Source of the DNA: Vicugna vicugna
Taxonomy: Eukaryota
Direction of reading: 5' to 3'
Assembly: GCA_013265495.1 (NCBI GenBank)
Contig: MU057744.1
Location: 1,056,001-1,120,000, forward strand
Length of the DNA: 64,000 nt
Each line of letters begins with the position of its first letter. The stretch's first letter is position 1. Shown here in pieces: positions 1 to 11,900 of this stretch. The position numbers and the translations under genes are program-made. Under the pieces are notes generated by a model that searched no databases, was not told the origin of the DNA, and worked only from the letters and a program-made list of their open reading frames with translations.

Positions 1-590
1 TTTGAGCCAGCTCCTAGAGTAATGGAAATAAAAGCAAAAATAAACAAATAGAACCTAATTAAACTTAAAAGCTTTTGCACAGCTAAGGGTACCATCAACA
101 GAATGAAAAGACAGCCTACAGGATGGGAGAAAATATTTGCAAATGATGCAGCTAACAAGGGACTGATTTCCAAAATATACAAACAGCTCATACAGCTTAC
201 TATAGAAAAAAACCCCCCAAAACCAAGCAATCCAATCGAAAAATGGGCAGAAAACCTAAACAGACATCTCTAAAGAAGACACCCAGATGGCCAACAGGCA
301 CATGGAAATGCTCAGCATTGCTAATCATTAAAGAAATGCCAATCAAAACTACAATGAAGAATCACCTCACGCCAGTCAGAATGGCCATCATTCAAAAGTC
401 CACAAATGGCAAGTACTGGAGAGGGTGTGGAGAAAAGCAACCTATGCTGAAAAAGAATATGAAAAGGAATATATGTATGTACATGGGTGACTGAAACATG
501 ATGCTGTGCACCAGACCTTGGCACATTATAAGCTGACCAGACTTCAGTTAAAAAAAGAACACAAAAAAAGGAAAAGAAAGAAAAGAAAAG
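1..590 (+). mobile_element. LINE-1 3' fragment (ORF2 C-terminal region joined to 3' UTR tail and A-rich tail)
   Basis: L1 ORF2 motifs (AAACTTAAAAGCTTTTGCACAGC, GGGAGAAAATATTTGCAAATGA, HLTPVRMAII in ORF 243..494), then L1 3' tail and A-rich tract 549-590. Confidence 0.9.
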
Positions 591-1843
591 CAACCCGGCC
601 TGAGCAAATTTCCTCCCGTTGACCTGCAATTGGAAACACATACCACCAGTGAAGTCTTCTGGACAAAGAAATGAACCTGGGTCTTACTAACCTTCAAATC
701 TAACAAACGAAGCCTGAGATTTGCTTCAAAATGAGCCAGTGGTGGGGAGAGAGCGGGTGAGGAGTGGACTGTGTTGGTGTGTCCCTGTTGGACCTGGACA
801 ACAAGTGAATGGGAATTCATCACACTGTCTCTTTACTTCTCGGTATGTTTTGACATTTTCTAAATAAGTTTTTTTTTTAAAGCATTTGGACTTAATAACA
901 TTTTCTATTTGGAAAAACCACCTGAATTTCCTACTTGTTCCAACCTGTCATAGAAATTCTTCCCTTGAAGTTTTGCTTTTGTCCCTTTATTTTATAATAA
1001 GCTGTGTAAATACAAGTTGGGAGAAGATTAGTGATGGGCAGGAAAGGTTGGTAAAGTATTAAGAGAAGGAGGCCTTTAATGGTTTTGTGAATTTCAGCAG
1101 CTTTGTAGGAACAAAGATGACAATGAACATTAACAGTTACTAGTATTACTCTTGTACTTAAAAAAAAATCCATATATGTAATTCCTTACTGTCTGACTCT
1201 CACTAGGTTCAAGCTCCAGGAAAGCTGTATTTTTTACCCACCATATCTCTAATGCCTAACATGTTGTCTGATTTTATATATATATATTTAAAGTATTCTT
1301 TTTTGTTTCTATTTTACAATCATTTCAGATATATATTCTCATGTTAAATAACACTACAGCATTCTCTAGTTAACATATGATAGTCTGCCAAGCCATTTCA
1401 AGAAAAGTATTTTAAAAGTGGGACAGCATCTCATACTTTGAGCCTCTGGGATAAATTAATTTAATTTACAGTCCTCTGAAGATCTCTCCCATCTCCAAGA
1501 TTCTTTTATTTTATGACAAAGCCTTGGTTCTAGAAGCTCGTTTCTCACACCTGAGAAGACTAGCTCTGGGACATGATCCTGTAGGACATAAGAGGTAAGC
1601 CCCATCAGTCTGAACCTGGGGGTCTGGAGGGTGAAAAAAGAGGTTGAGTCCTCGTGGGTGGTACCGGGACTGGGGCGTGGGGGAGATTAGTTCAAAGCAA
1701 GAGGATTCAAGAAGAAATGAGTCCATGTAGAGCGGGGATAATAGTCGGAAGGGGTAGTTGGCACCAACCATGAGCATTTCCCTGGGAAGCGGACGTGCCT
1801 ATAAGAAATACGAGTGCCATCATTTTGTAAAGAATTCGATCCA

Positions 1844-1969
1844 GGGAGGCGGGCACAGCTCAGTGGTAGAGCGTGTGCTTAGCATGTAAGAGGCCCTGGG
1901 CTCAATCCCCAGCACCTCCTTTAAAAAAAAATTAAAATAAGTAAGTAAATAAACCCAATTACCTCCCCT
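1844..1969 (+). mobile_element. tRNA(Ala)-derived SINE (camelid Vic-type)
   Basis: GGG..CACAGCTCAGTGGTAGAGCGTGTGCTTAGCATG..GGCTCAATCCCCAGCACCTCC with A/B boxes, A-rich linker and CCAATTACCTCCCC tail. Confidence 0.85.
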
Positions 1970-2343
1970 GTGACGGGGAGGTGGAAAGAATGCACTCCTA
2001 AATAATGTGTAATGTAAAAACTGCATAATTCAAGACATTTTCGCCTGGGAATAGATGGAAGGCAGGGTATGTGTTCTCGGAGTTCATGAATCTGTAACTG
2101 TTGTGGCAAGTTTTAACTTTAATGTTGCTTTTATTTGTCATCACTAGTGCCAGAGTTTCTAGAGTTCTGGCTCCTAAATTCATAGTTTAAAAAAAAAGAT
2201 CGAAGTAAATATTTAAAGTTCTTAACAGTGTGTTACCACATCTAACTTGTATTCCAAAATTATTGATTTCGGGGCATGTTTCCCCAGCACTAGCACCACC
2301 ATTGAATGAATGTTTGGGGGATCAACATTAAAAAAAATTAATT

Positions 2344-2460
2344 GGGGGGGGATGGGCATAGCTCAGTGCTGGGGTGGTAGGTAGAGCGCGTGCTTAGCAT
2401 GTACGAGGTCCCAGGTTCAATCCCCAGTGCCTCTGTTAAAAATAAATATGTAAGTTAAAA
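2344..2460 (+). mobile_element. tRNA(Ala)-derived SINE (camelid Vic-type) with insertion in A-box region
   Basis: TAGCTCAGTG..GTAGAGCGCGTGCTTAGCATGTACGAGGTCCCAGGTTCAATCCCCAG; flanks TAAAAAAAATTAATT / TAAAAATTATT resemble a target-site duplication. Confidence 0.85.
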
Positions 2461-3149
2461 ATTATTATTATAACAAAAGTGACACAGCCACACAATAATA
2501 AGCAAAATCACTATGAGAAGTGTTTCCTAGCTTTAAACAGCATAGTTCACTTTAGTGGCAAAAAAAATGGCAGGTATTTCTGTTCGATCAGTTCGTCCTG
2601 AGAAGTAGCAAGAACATATATAGTTTCAAGTCATAAGTCTGAAATCATGTGTTTTTTTTTTACTAGTTTTTAAAAAATTGAGGCAATACATGTATATATA
2701 TATATAGCATATTTTAATACTTCTACATACATGATTTCTAAACTTGTGCTTTATAAATTTGGCTTCTTGGGTATGGAAAGGGGACCATAAAGACAGATGA
2801 AAAAGAAATTGACCCAACCAGAAATGATCCCTTCATCCTTGGAAGTCTAAGGCAATTAACTGTCTGCAAACAATCTGAAACATCTAGTCTTGTGAGCATT
2901 TTAGTGAGTTATAAGCAGCGTTCTTCAAAATGAAAAAATGACAATGCTTCAACACATAACAAGACAATGAGACAAAATGCGTACCGTTTTGTCAAATTTT
3001 TGTCTCCATGATTTTAAGTATGTATGTTACAAGTCACAATCTAAATGGATTTGTTGTGGCTTACTTGGTAAAAGTCTAAAAGGCACCACTGGCGTATCTT
3101 TCCTTTGAAGAAACAAACAGAAATTAACAACAAGAAAATCAAAACCTCC

Positions 3150-4140
3150 CCTTTGCCCCACTGCTTCCTCAGCCTCAGCGCTGCTTCTCTGTCCCTCTTC
3201 ACGGCAGAACTTCGTGAAACTGTTACAGTCATTGTTTCTACCACTTCTTGACCTCCCATTTCTCCGCCCTCTGCAGAGCTGGTTACTGGTTAACCCAGTG
3301 TTGCTAAATCCGCTGGGTGCTTCTGGGTCCTTGACCTCTCCACAGTGTTTGGCACGCCTGGTGGTTCTTCCCTCTTAAGACCCTTCCCTTCTGTGGTTGC
3401 TCCGACACCGTTTTCGGCAGGTGTCCGCGGCTGCCCCTTCCCGGCCTCCTTTATGGCTTTCTCTCTTCGTGCCTCCCTGGGGCTGTGTCCTAGGTCAGCG
3501 TCTGCGTCTGTCTGCCCTCTCAGGTGACCTCATCGACCCCTGTGACTCAGTCTTACGTCCTTCCCCCTCATTTACTGTGCTTAGTCATGCCGGGGGCCTC
3601 TCTGTTCCTGAACTGTTGTTTTGGTTTCTCTTAATTCATTTTTTAAATTGCAGATAGTTAACAATGTTGTGTTAGTTTCAGGGTACATATATACATATAT
3701 ATGTGTATATATATATATTCCTTTTCATATTCTTTTTCATTATAGGCTACTACAAGGTGTGAATATAGTTCCCTGCGCTGTACAGTAGGTCCTTGTTGTT
3801 TATCTATTTTATATATAGTAGTGTGCATCTGCAAATCCCAAACTCCTGCTTTATCCCTTCCCACTCCCCATCTCCCCCCACCCGGCCCCACCCCCGGCCT
3901 CTGTAACCTGTAGCCGTAAGCTTCTGAACACACTAAATATGTTCTCAGGAGCCTTAGGGGCTTTGCGTTAGCTGTTCCTTCAGCTGAGAATGCTCTCCCC
4001 CAAGAGCTTCATGTGGCTGCCTTCTTTCTTGCATTTACCCGCAGCTTAAACATCGCCCTTCTGGAGAGCCTTTCCTGGGCAGCAACTTGAGTAGCCACCC
4101 AAGTGATCCCAATGACCTCATCCTACCTTAATCCTACCTA
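3150..4140 (+). mobile_element. Degraded L2 LINE fragments interrupted by an L1 3' end
   Basis: L2-like 3' motif GGGCTTTGCGTTAGCTGTTCCTTCAGCTGAGAATGCTCTCCCCCA at ~3958-4002 plus pyrimidine-rich L2-like body. Confidence 0.5.
3630..3900 (-). mobile_element. L1 3' end (artiodactyl type)
   Basis: ACAATGTTGTGTTAGTTTCAGG..ATAGTTCCCTGCGCTGTACAGTAGGTCCTTGTTGTTTATCTATTTTATATATAG; reverse complement matches the tail at 443-548. Confidence 0.8.
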
Positions 4141-4189
4141 AATGCATCAGTGTGTCCCTCCCTGGAATGTAAGGGCCATTGAAGAAAGA

Positions 4190-4680
4190 ACCGTCAAAAC
4201 TCCCTGTCCTCAGGGAGCTTGTAGTCCGGTGGGCGACATAAAATAAAATAAAAAGGAAGGTTACATCGTGTATTAGAACCTGGTAGGTGCGAGAGGAAAA
4301 TGAAGCCAGAAGGAGCAACAAGGATTTTGTGTGTGTGTTTTGGGAGAGTGTCAGCGATTTTAAACACAGCGATCAGGAAGGGCCTCTCTGAGAACTGATA
4401 CCCAGCTGGTGCAGAATGAGGGAGGAGGACTGTGGTGGGAAATGAAGTCAGGGAGCGTGGGGCATGGGGAGCGGGGGGCAGATCGTGAAGTGTGAGGACT
4501 TGGCTCTTTCCTCAGAGAATGAGCAAAGCTATTGGAAGGAGCAGAGGAGGAGCAGTGTTTGGATGACATTTTGTCAGGATCTCTCTGGCTGTCGTGTTGA
4601 GAACAGATTGCAGGGGGGCAAGGGCCAAAGCAGGGAGATGCCTCAAGAGGCTGTTGCAGTAATCCAAGGACGAGATGTCA
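4190..4680 (-). mobile_element. L2 LINE fragment
   Basis: CCCTGTCCTCAGGGAGCTTGTAGTC, GATCAGGAAGGGCCTCTCTGAG and GGCTGTTGCAGTAATCCAAGG are typical antisense L2 motifs. Confidence 0.6.
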
Positions 4681-5583
4681 GACTCCTGTATGTTGAAGTC
4701 TCTTGTCTGCAGCTAGAAGGGTCCCGTGAGGCAAATACTACAAAGCCCTTTGTATGTTTGTGTCTCGTGTCCCTGTGCCTTGTTGTGGTGGGCAGTGAGC
4801 ACATATTTGTTGATTTTAAATGATATAAAAAACACACCGAGCTCACAAAACAAAACAGGGACTAATGAAGGGGTTTTTCTAAGAATACATCCTCTAGATT
4901 TGTGGATCTTTTAATCCAGATTTATTGCACCAACGCAGGACTTCTGGCCCTTTTATGCAGTCCCATTTATGCCTAAATTCCTCTTTCCAAAGAAACGGAG
5001 CACTGTTGTGTAGTTATTTCAGCTCGCTTTGTAAGGGAGAGGTAACAGACCCAGGCAAGGTTGGGAAGACATTCAGTTGCTCCTCACTTTATCAATAACC
5101 TATCATTTCAACCTAATAGTTACAGTCTACTTTATGAAAAGCATTACACTAGGCATTGGGGAATATGTAAGTTCCTCTTCTCAGTTTAAAACTGAGTTGG
5201 GTAGATAAGACACAAAGCACAGAAAGATCAGGACAACCCCAGGTAATGAATGTTAAGATTAAAAGCAGCTATTGGAGCCTGGAGGGTGAAGCAGACTTGG
5301 CAAATGAATAGGAGAAGAGTGAATTAGAACGTGAGTTCAAGGGTCTGGGATGGGTAATGAAGTCCTCAATTTAAATAAAAAATAATACAAACCAAAGCTA
5401 CAGAGGAGGAAGAACACCAAAACATGGCTTTTAAAGGAAACATGAGTAAAAATCAAGTAGAGACACGTAGGAAAGGCGAGCACTTTGTGGTCCCTAACAG
5501 AAAACACTGAACACTGAACACAGCTTTATTTACATTTCTCACCGGTGTTTTCACAGCCAGTAGGTTAATCGGGCAGTCAGAAT

Positions 5584-6190
5584 TGTTGCGGAAAAACCGG
5601 CCTCTGTGCCCACAGCCAAGACAGAAACGGAGACAGAGTTTGGGGAGGATGGAAAACAACAGCTTTACTGCTTTGCCAGGCAAGGGGAGTCACAGCAGAC
5701 GACTGCCTCAGAGACCGTGAGCCCATCTTGGGGAAAGGGTCCCGAGGTTTTTTACAAAAACTTGATAGGAACAGGAGAATGGTCATCAGGGTGTGTGCAG
5801 GGGGCAGTATTTCTCAATCGCGATGAATCCACCTGGTATCATGGAGAAACTCCAGAGGGTCTGTTCATTTTTCTGAAGTTCTCAGTCCCCGTCTGTGATC
5901 TCCTTCCTTGAACAAGTCTTCTGGGTTAAAGAGAAACTATTCTAAGAAAAGAATGTTTAAGGAGAAAAGAATGTGTAGCCCAGGGGCTTGTTACTTACGA
6001 AGGGTGATTAGCCAGAAGCGGGGGCCAGAACAGCCCTCTACTGGTAGCTTTCTCCTTGTTCAAAGGGGAGGCTAGGGAAGACATCTGGTGGCCAGATCTG
6101 GTTATCTGTAAAACAGCTCAGGAATGTGCATCAGACGATCAGTCTGGGCGCCAGTGGCACAATCATTGCTTGCTGAGGCCTGCTCTTTTA
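5584..6190 (-). mobile_element. Solo ERV LTR (right boundary uncertain)
   Basis: Begins TGTTGCGGAAAAA; contains AGCTTTACTGCTTTGCCAGGCAAGGGG, the reverse of an LTR R-region poly(A) motif. Confidence 0.55.
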
Positions 6191-6449
6191 CGTCTCAGGG
6201 AGGCCTGGAAGACCGGCTGTCCTACAGAGGAGAGGCAGGAGCCGGGGGGTGGGGGGGCGTGGGCCCCGGACTGAGACGCATCCGGTATCTCTGAACATCT
6301 GAAGTGGTCGGACCTGCGCTCTAAACTGCTTACACGTTTCCCCAGGGAAGTAGGTAACTCTGAAACCAGCCGCGCACCAAACTGGCCCAGAAGCCCCGGG
6401 GGGCCCGAGAGGACGGGGCTCTGGGTCGAACCCACTCCCCATCCTCCAA

Positions 6450-7450
6450 GTCAGGTCCTCTTGGATGGTCCTGTTTGGACTCAGACCCAGGCAGACAAGG
6501 AAGCAGACGTGGGGAGCACCCGACGCCGGCCCCGCCCCGTCCCCCCGCGGGCGACCCGGGGAAGGCGGAGACGGCGCTGGGGCCCCTCGGCCGTCGCCGG
6601 GTCCAGCCCGGCCCTGAGCCCCGCCCCGAGACGCGGCGGCGGGCGCGCGCGGGCCGAGGTGGGAAGGCTTCTCCTCCCCGCTTCCCCGCCCCGCCCTCAC
6701 CCCCGACGGCGGGGCGGAGGCAGCCGGACCCGCCCCGGAGTCCGGCAGACGCCCCCTGCCCGCCGCCCCTCTGCTCGTCCCGCAGCGAGCCGGTCGCGGT
6801 CTGAGTGCCCAGAAGTCCGCGAGCCCCCAGCCCAGCAGAGCCCCGAGCGCGCCCCCGACACAGACGCTGGGCCGGCGGCGGGGACGCGGGGGCGCGCGAG
6901 CCGGAAAATGGCGGCGGACTGACGCCTCCCACGGCCCGTAGCCTACGCGCACGCGCACGCGCACCCCGACGACGCGCAGAGCGCCGCGACGCCCGCCGGG
7001 GTGAGTCGGGGAGGCGGCGGCTGCGGGGGGCGCGGGGAGCCCGGGGCGCGGGGTGGGCGCGGCCGCCCTGCGAGTGGCGCCCGGGGCCGAGCCGCCGTCG
7101 CCGTCGCGGTCCTCCCGGCTGCAGACCCCGGCCGCCCTCGCGCCGCCTCCCCGCGGTGGGGCCGCGGCTCCCGCCCGGCGTGTTCAGGGGCGGCTCGGGG
7201 GGTTCAGCGCTGCCCCGACGCTGACCGCGCTCCGGGGAGACGCCGCAGTGTTGCACCCGAACCGCCCTGGTCCGCGCGCCGCAGGCTCCTAGTGAAGCGA
7301 GCCAGCGCCCGTCCCGTCCCCGTGTGCTTTCGGGACGACTGGCGTCACGCAAGCGTCGGGCTTAAATCGGGTGGCTCTGCGGTCGCGGTGTAAATTATGA
7401 ATGTGGCTGCGGCATGTGTGTGTTTTTGCTCTTGTTGATGCTGCCCGAGT
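6450..7450. promoter_or_regulatory. CpG island / LGALS8 promoter
   Basis: Very GC- and CpG-rich; GC boxes, CCGGAAAATGGCGGC (ETS plus YY1 motif) at 6901-6915, GCGCACGCGCACGCGCA (NRF1-like) near 6947-6963. Confidence 0.85.
6900..7000 (+). other. LGALS8: LGALS8 non-coding exon 1 (start approximate)
   Basis: Strong donor GGG|GTGAGT at 7000/7001 inside the CpG island, upstream of the ATG exon. Confidence 0.65.
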
Positions 7451-7619
7451 CTGACGCAGCAGAACCAACAGTTGGAGGTTTTGACCAGCGAGCAAGGGAA
7501 GAGATCGGGGCCGCGGCTGTATCCCGAGAGAGATGCGGGTGCCCCTCCCCCGCTGTACGGCGTATGTGACACATCGAAATTGTGTATATTTAGGGCATAA
7601 AACTTGCCGTTTCGGTTAC

Positions 7620-8070
7620 ACCGACTTACTTTCTTACAGCGCTTAGATCAGAAATCTGGGACCAGGCAGAGTACTCTCATTAGGCGTCGCTGAAAGTCAG
7701 GAGTTACCCGGTTTGGGCTCTTCTAGAGACCCCGGGGAAGAATGCCTTCCAGGGTATTTTAGCTTTCGCCTGCAGGGTTCCTTTCCTCCTTAGAGTTTCC
7801 CTGTGTGCCCACCTACAGGCCATCTCAGATGCCAGCAGTGATGCGTTAACTCCTGCTCGGGCTCCAAACCCCTGCTTTCCCCTGCTGCCGCCTCTCCGGC
7901 TCAGGGAATTACATCGGGCCCGCAGGGGATCCAGGACAGTCTCCCTGTCTTGACGTCAGCTGGCTCACAACATTGATCACACCTGCAGAATTCCTCTGCA
8001 GTGGAACATGGATGTAACGCAACCATCCAGGGTTGGAGACTGCTGTTCTCTTCGCGCCCTGCCCTATGGT
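7620..8070. mobile_element. MaLR (MLT1-like) LTR remnant
   Basis: CTTACAG..TCAGAAATCT, GGGGAAGAATGCCTTCCAGG and TACATCGGGCCC..GGATCCAGGACAGTCTCCCTGTCTTGA resemble MLT1 motifs. Confidence 0.5.
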
Positions 8071-8870
8071 GTGATGACAGGATTTGCGAAAGTCAAGTGT
8101 AGGAAGCATCAGTTTCGTTTTTGTTTTATTTCTGCTTAGTCTTCATGTCTTCCCTGGAGCTGCTAAATGCAGTGCTGATGGGCACTTTTGTCTCTAAAAC
8201 CGGCTCAGGCCCCCACCCCGCTTTTTTTTTTTTTAGCCGCAGGGAAAACTGTCTTTTTAATACTTGAGGCATTGGTGTTTTTTTTTTCTTTAGACTTGTT
8301 TAATTCAGAGGTGGAAGCGCAGTCCCTCTACTGATAACAGTAGGTGAACGTTATGAAGAACGTACCCTTCCATTGCTTTGTTAACTCATTTAGTCCTCAG
8401 AACCTGTGAGGTGAAAACTTACTCTGTACAGATGAGAAAAGTTAAATGGCTGTCTCTGATAGTTGTATAGAAAGAAATACTTGCTATTTTGCTTTAGTAT
8501 TTTTGGTAATAAGCATTGAAATATTTCCAAGTTAGAAACTTCCTACTGATCTATTTTTTTAAATCAGTATTTCCTGCAGTCATAATCCAAAATTATTTAG
8601 TAAAGTACGTTTATGTTACATATAAGAATTGGGGTCAGATCTTTGATCATAATACCATGGGGTTATTTGTTAAATATCAGTAAAATAATTTACGTATTTA
8701 AAAATAGTTGTGAAGAAAAACGATGCATGCTTATTTTTCTTTCCCTCTATTTGGATTTTACACAGGGCAGGTGCCTCAGTTTCAATCTGGGAATTCTTTA
8801 AATGAAACTGGTTTAAAATCTTTGATCAGACACAGAAGAAAGACTCCAGTCGACAATAAGGTGGAAAAGA

Positions 8871-8912
8871 ATGACGTCCTTAAACAGTCTGCAGAATGTC
8901 ATCTATGAGCCG
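8871..8912 (+). CDS. LGALS8: LGALS8 exon 2 coding part (exon starts ~8766)
   Basis: [14 protein letters not shown]|gtaact. Confidence 0.9.
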
Positions 8913-11900
8913 GTAACTGATTTCTGTAAAATCACTTTTGCTTGTGGCAGGTTTGAGAGCAAATCCAGCTGGATAGTAATTGTCCACTGCTGAGGCGGGG
9001 TAGTGGGAGCAAGAGTGGAATTCACTGCACACCAGGGAAGCAGGCACTGTGATCGGGACTGTGGTGGGGCCGGCTCGCGCAGACACAGCCCCGGAGCCGT
9101 GCAGATGCTCGGTGCGAGCTGGCCCTCTCTGTGCTCGCCGTTCCGCATCTGGGGACCCAGCCAGCCACTGTCGGGTAGCACGCACTTACTGAAAAAAATC
9201 CAGGTGTAAGTGGACCGCCCAGTTCAGAGCTGTGTTGTTCAAAGGTCAGCTGTGTAAGGTCATGTGGGGTGTCATGAATGGAGGAAACGCCACCTCCGCT
9301 GCTGGTGGGAAGGCTCAGATCATAAGACACCGTTTTCAAAGGAACGGATTTCTGACTCTACAGGTTTTACTCTTCTGTTTTAACTAGACCGGTTGATAAG
9401 TTCATGTCTCAGCTTTTCCCTCTGTCCTTCAAATACTGCTTGGTACTTGAGCAGGGAGACGTCAACAGCTGGTGCTGAGCGGGAGGAGGAGGAAAGGTGA
9501 CCGCTGTGGCCTGGCCTCAGGCTGGTCCTGGAACCCCTGCGTGCAGTTGCTGGAAATGCCAGTGTACGTCCTGGGAAGTGCCAACTTGTTTTAGTTTCAC
9601 ATGGTGTGAGAATCTTGGAAGTGTCTAGTTTCCATGTATCCGAAGCTGAATCCTGAATTGTGGTCTGAGAGAGAGCTGCTGCATTTTTTTGGAAACCCCG
9701 GAGGAGATCTGGGACAGTGGGGCAGTCCTTGAAGTAAGGCCCTAAACCAGTCTTTCTGGTGTAAGTGGGTTCAGGTGTTTCGTTATTTACTTTGTATCCA
9801 GAGCTCTTTTTCCCCCTCAGTTTTAATGTCCTTGTGCAAGAGTGACGTACCACCACCTGATAAAGCGAATTCAGTTTTACCAGAAACAGCCTTCAATGGC
9901 AGTAGGTGTGTAAAGGAAGACGTGGTGGCTTTGAGGTCGGCAGGACATTTAAAATGATTTGTGCGTCTTAGAGTTAAAAACATCTCAGAGTTGCAGACTG
10001 ACATCCTGCAAAGATGGGTGGCTGAAGGGTAGGCCCGGGTCCTTGAAGCAGGAGGAACGGCTGGTCGGCTTGTGCTGTTCAGTGCTGCCTGTCATCACAG
10101 AAATGCTGTATTTGAATGTTATTTGGAAAATAAACTTATGGATTAAAATCCCTGCGTACCTTGACACTAGCATAATGATGACTCCTGTAATTCTGGACTT
10201 TGCACCCTCACCTGTGGAGCTGAAACAGCGAGACGCCGACCTTTCAGCCCCTGAGGAAGGGACCCCGCTTTGGAGCAGCAGCTGCCTTCAGGGCTCCCAG
10301 CGGCCTCGTCCGAGGCAGTTCACGATGACGGGTGCCCTAAGTAAACGCCGGCTTTGCCTGGCGCTTATCTTGTTAGTGATTAGTTCAAACAGTGGGGATG
10401 TGTTTATTCAGCTTCTGCGGTGTTCTTTATCAAGCCCTGTGCAGACACAGCACTGTCACCGTTTAGTTTTTATTTCTTAGTGTTTCTGAAGTTCTGGTCC
10501 ACATTGGTGGTAGACAAGTTTTGTTCATATTAATTAACTCTTGGAAAAAACAGAGTAACTTGTGTGACTGGCCTCTGTCAATTTCCCATATTTAGTCTGT
10601 TTCCATGACTAGTTCAACTGATAGATCCCAGGACTTAAAAAGTCAGGCTCGCTTTTCTTCCCACTCACATTGAATGAATAATACCAGAAGTGGCCTCCGT
10701 GAAATCTGCTGTTTGGCAACTCAGTATCAACCTGAGTAACTCACTGTTTATACATAGAGTTCTTAAGGAGGGGTGGAGTGCTGGCTGGCTGAGAAGTTAT
10801 TTAGAGACTAAGCAGACTGGTGGTCGCTCCAAGTTAACAAACCACGTGTGAACATTAATCCCACTGTTCCCTTAAAGCTCTTGCTTCCACTCTCGTTAGA
10901 AGCCTTACCTCCACATCTGTCCTTTCTCCTTAGCTTTCTGAGTACCTCCCTTTCTACCTTGCGAGTTAATCTGAAAACGCAGAACAGTAAAATCTTTTTA
11001 AGCTCCGAGGGCCCTTCCAGCCTTTGTGCTCTTGTTCTTCCTTTGCTGACCGCCTTCCTGAGAGAGTCCATTTCTGCTGCCTGCATTTCCTCCCCTTGGC
11101 TTTGCCCTCTGATTTTCTTACTCCCTTAACTTCTTTCTTTTCTTTACCAGTCTTGTCTTCAGCGTCTCTGCTTCTGTCAGCATCTCTGCCCATCACCTCT
11201 TGACCATGTGTAACCCGCGGTGAATCTCTCACTCTCTCAGACGACCGGCCATCCCCTCAGAGGGCTGTGAGTTCAAAACTAAACTCCCATCTTCCTTCCC
11301 GAACCAGCTTCCCTTTTTCAGTTTTCCGTTTCTCTCTGTCCGTCCATACTACCGAGCCCCAGTAGTTTGAAGACAATCTGTGTTCAGAATTTAAAATTCA
11401 TTTATGTCAAACCCAGTGGCTTTTCCTTTTTTGAAAAATTATTTTAAAAATATAAAGAAAATATGTGCAAATCATTTTTTAAAATTCAAGCAGTATTTCA
11501 GGGTTTCATAAAACACAAATTTCCCTGCTCCCTTAGTGCCTGGTTTCCCCCGGAAAGGCCGTCACTTCCTACCAGCTTTGTGTGTCCCCTTCCTGAGAAC
11601 ATGCACGAGCACGCTCAGACACTCAGCACGTGTGTCGTGCAGCTGTGTTGAGAGTGCGTGGGCCATTGCATTGCCTCTTACGTGTCCTGTTTCCTTACGT
11701 GCATGTGTCAGGCCACATGAACTGTCCTGCACCCTGCTTTTTTCCACTAAACACGGTTTAGAGATACTGGTGTCTTTAGAGCTTCCTCACTGTTCTCATG
11801 GCTGCATAATTACTCTGTTACATGGACGTACGGTGGCTTACTTAACCAGCCCCCTGTAAAGGGCTGTTCACTCTGATGGTCATGTCCAGTGCCTGTGTAT

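Noticed and set aside
1844..1920. tRNA-Ala-like sequences here and at 2344, 46671 and 55298
   Set aside because: Mismatched stems, shared SINE tails and multiple diverged copies mark them as SINEs, not tRNA genes
6188..7393. Long ORFs (258, 340, 153 and 139 aa) over the CpG island
   Set aside because: Arg/Gly/Pro/Ala-rich with no recognisable domain; expected stop-codon scarcity in very GC-rich DNA
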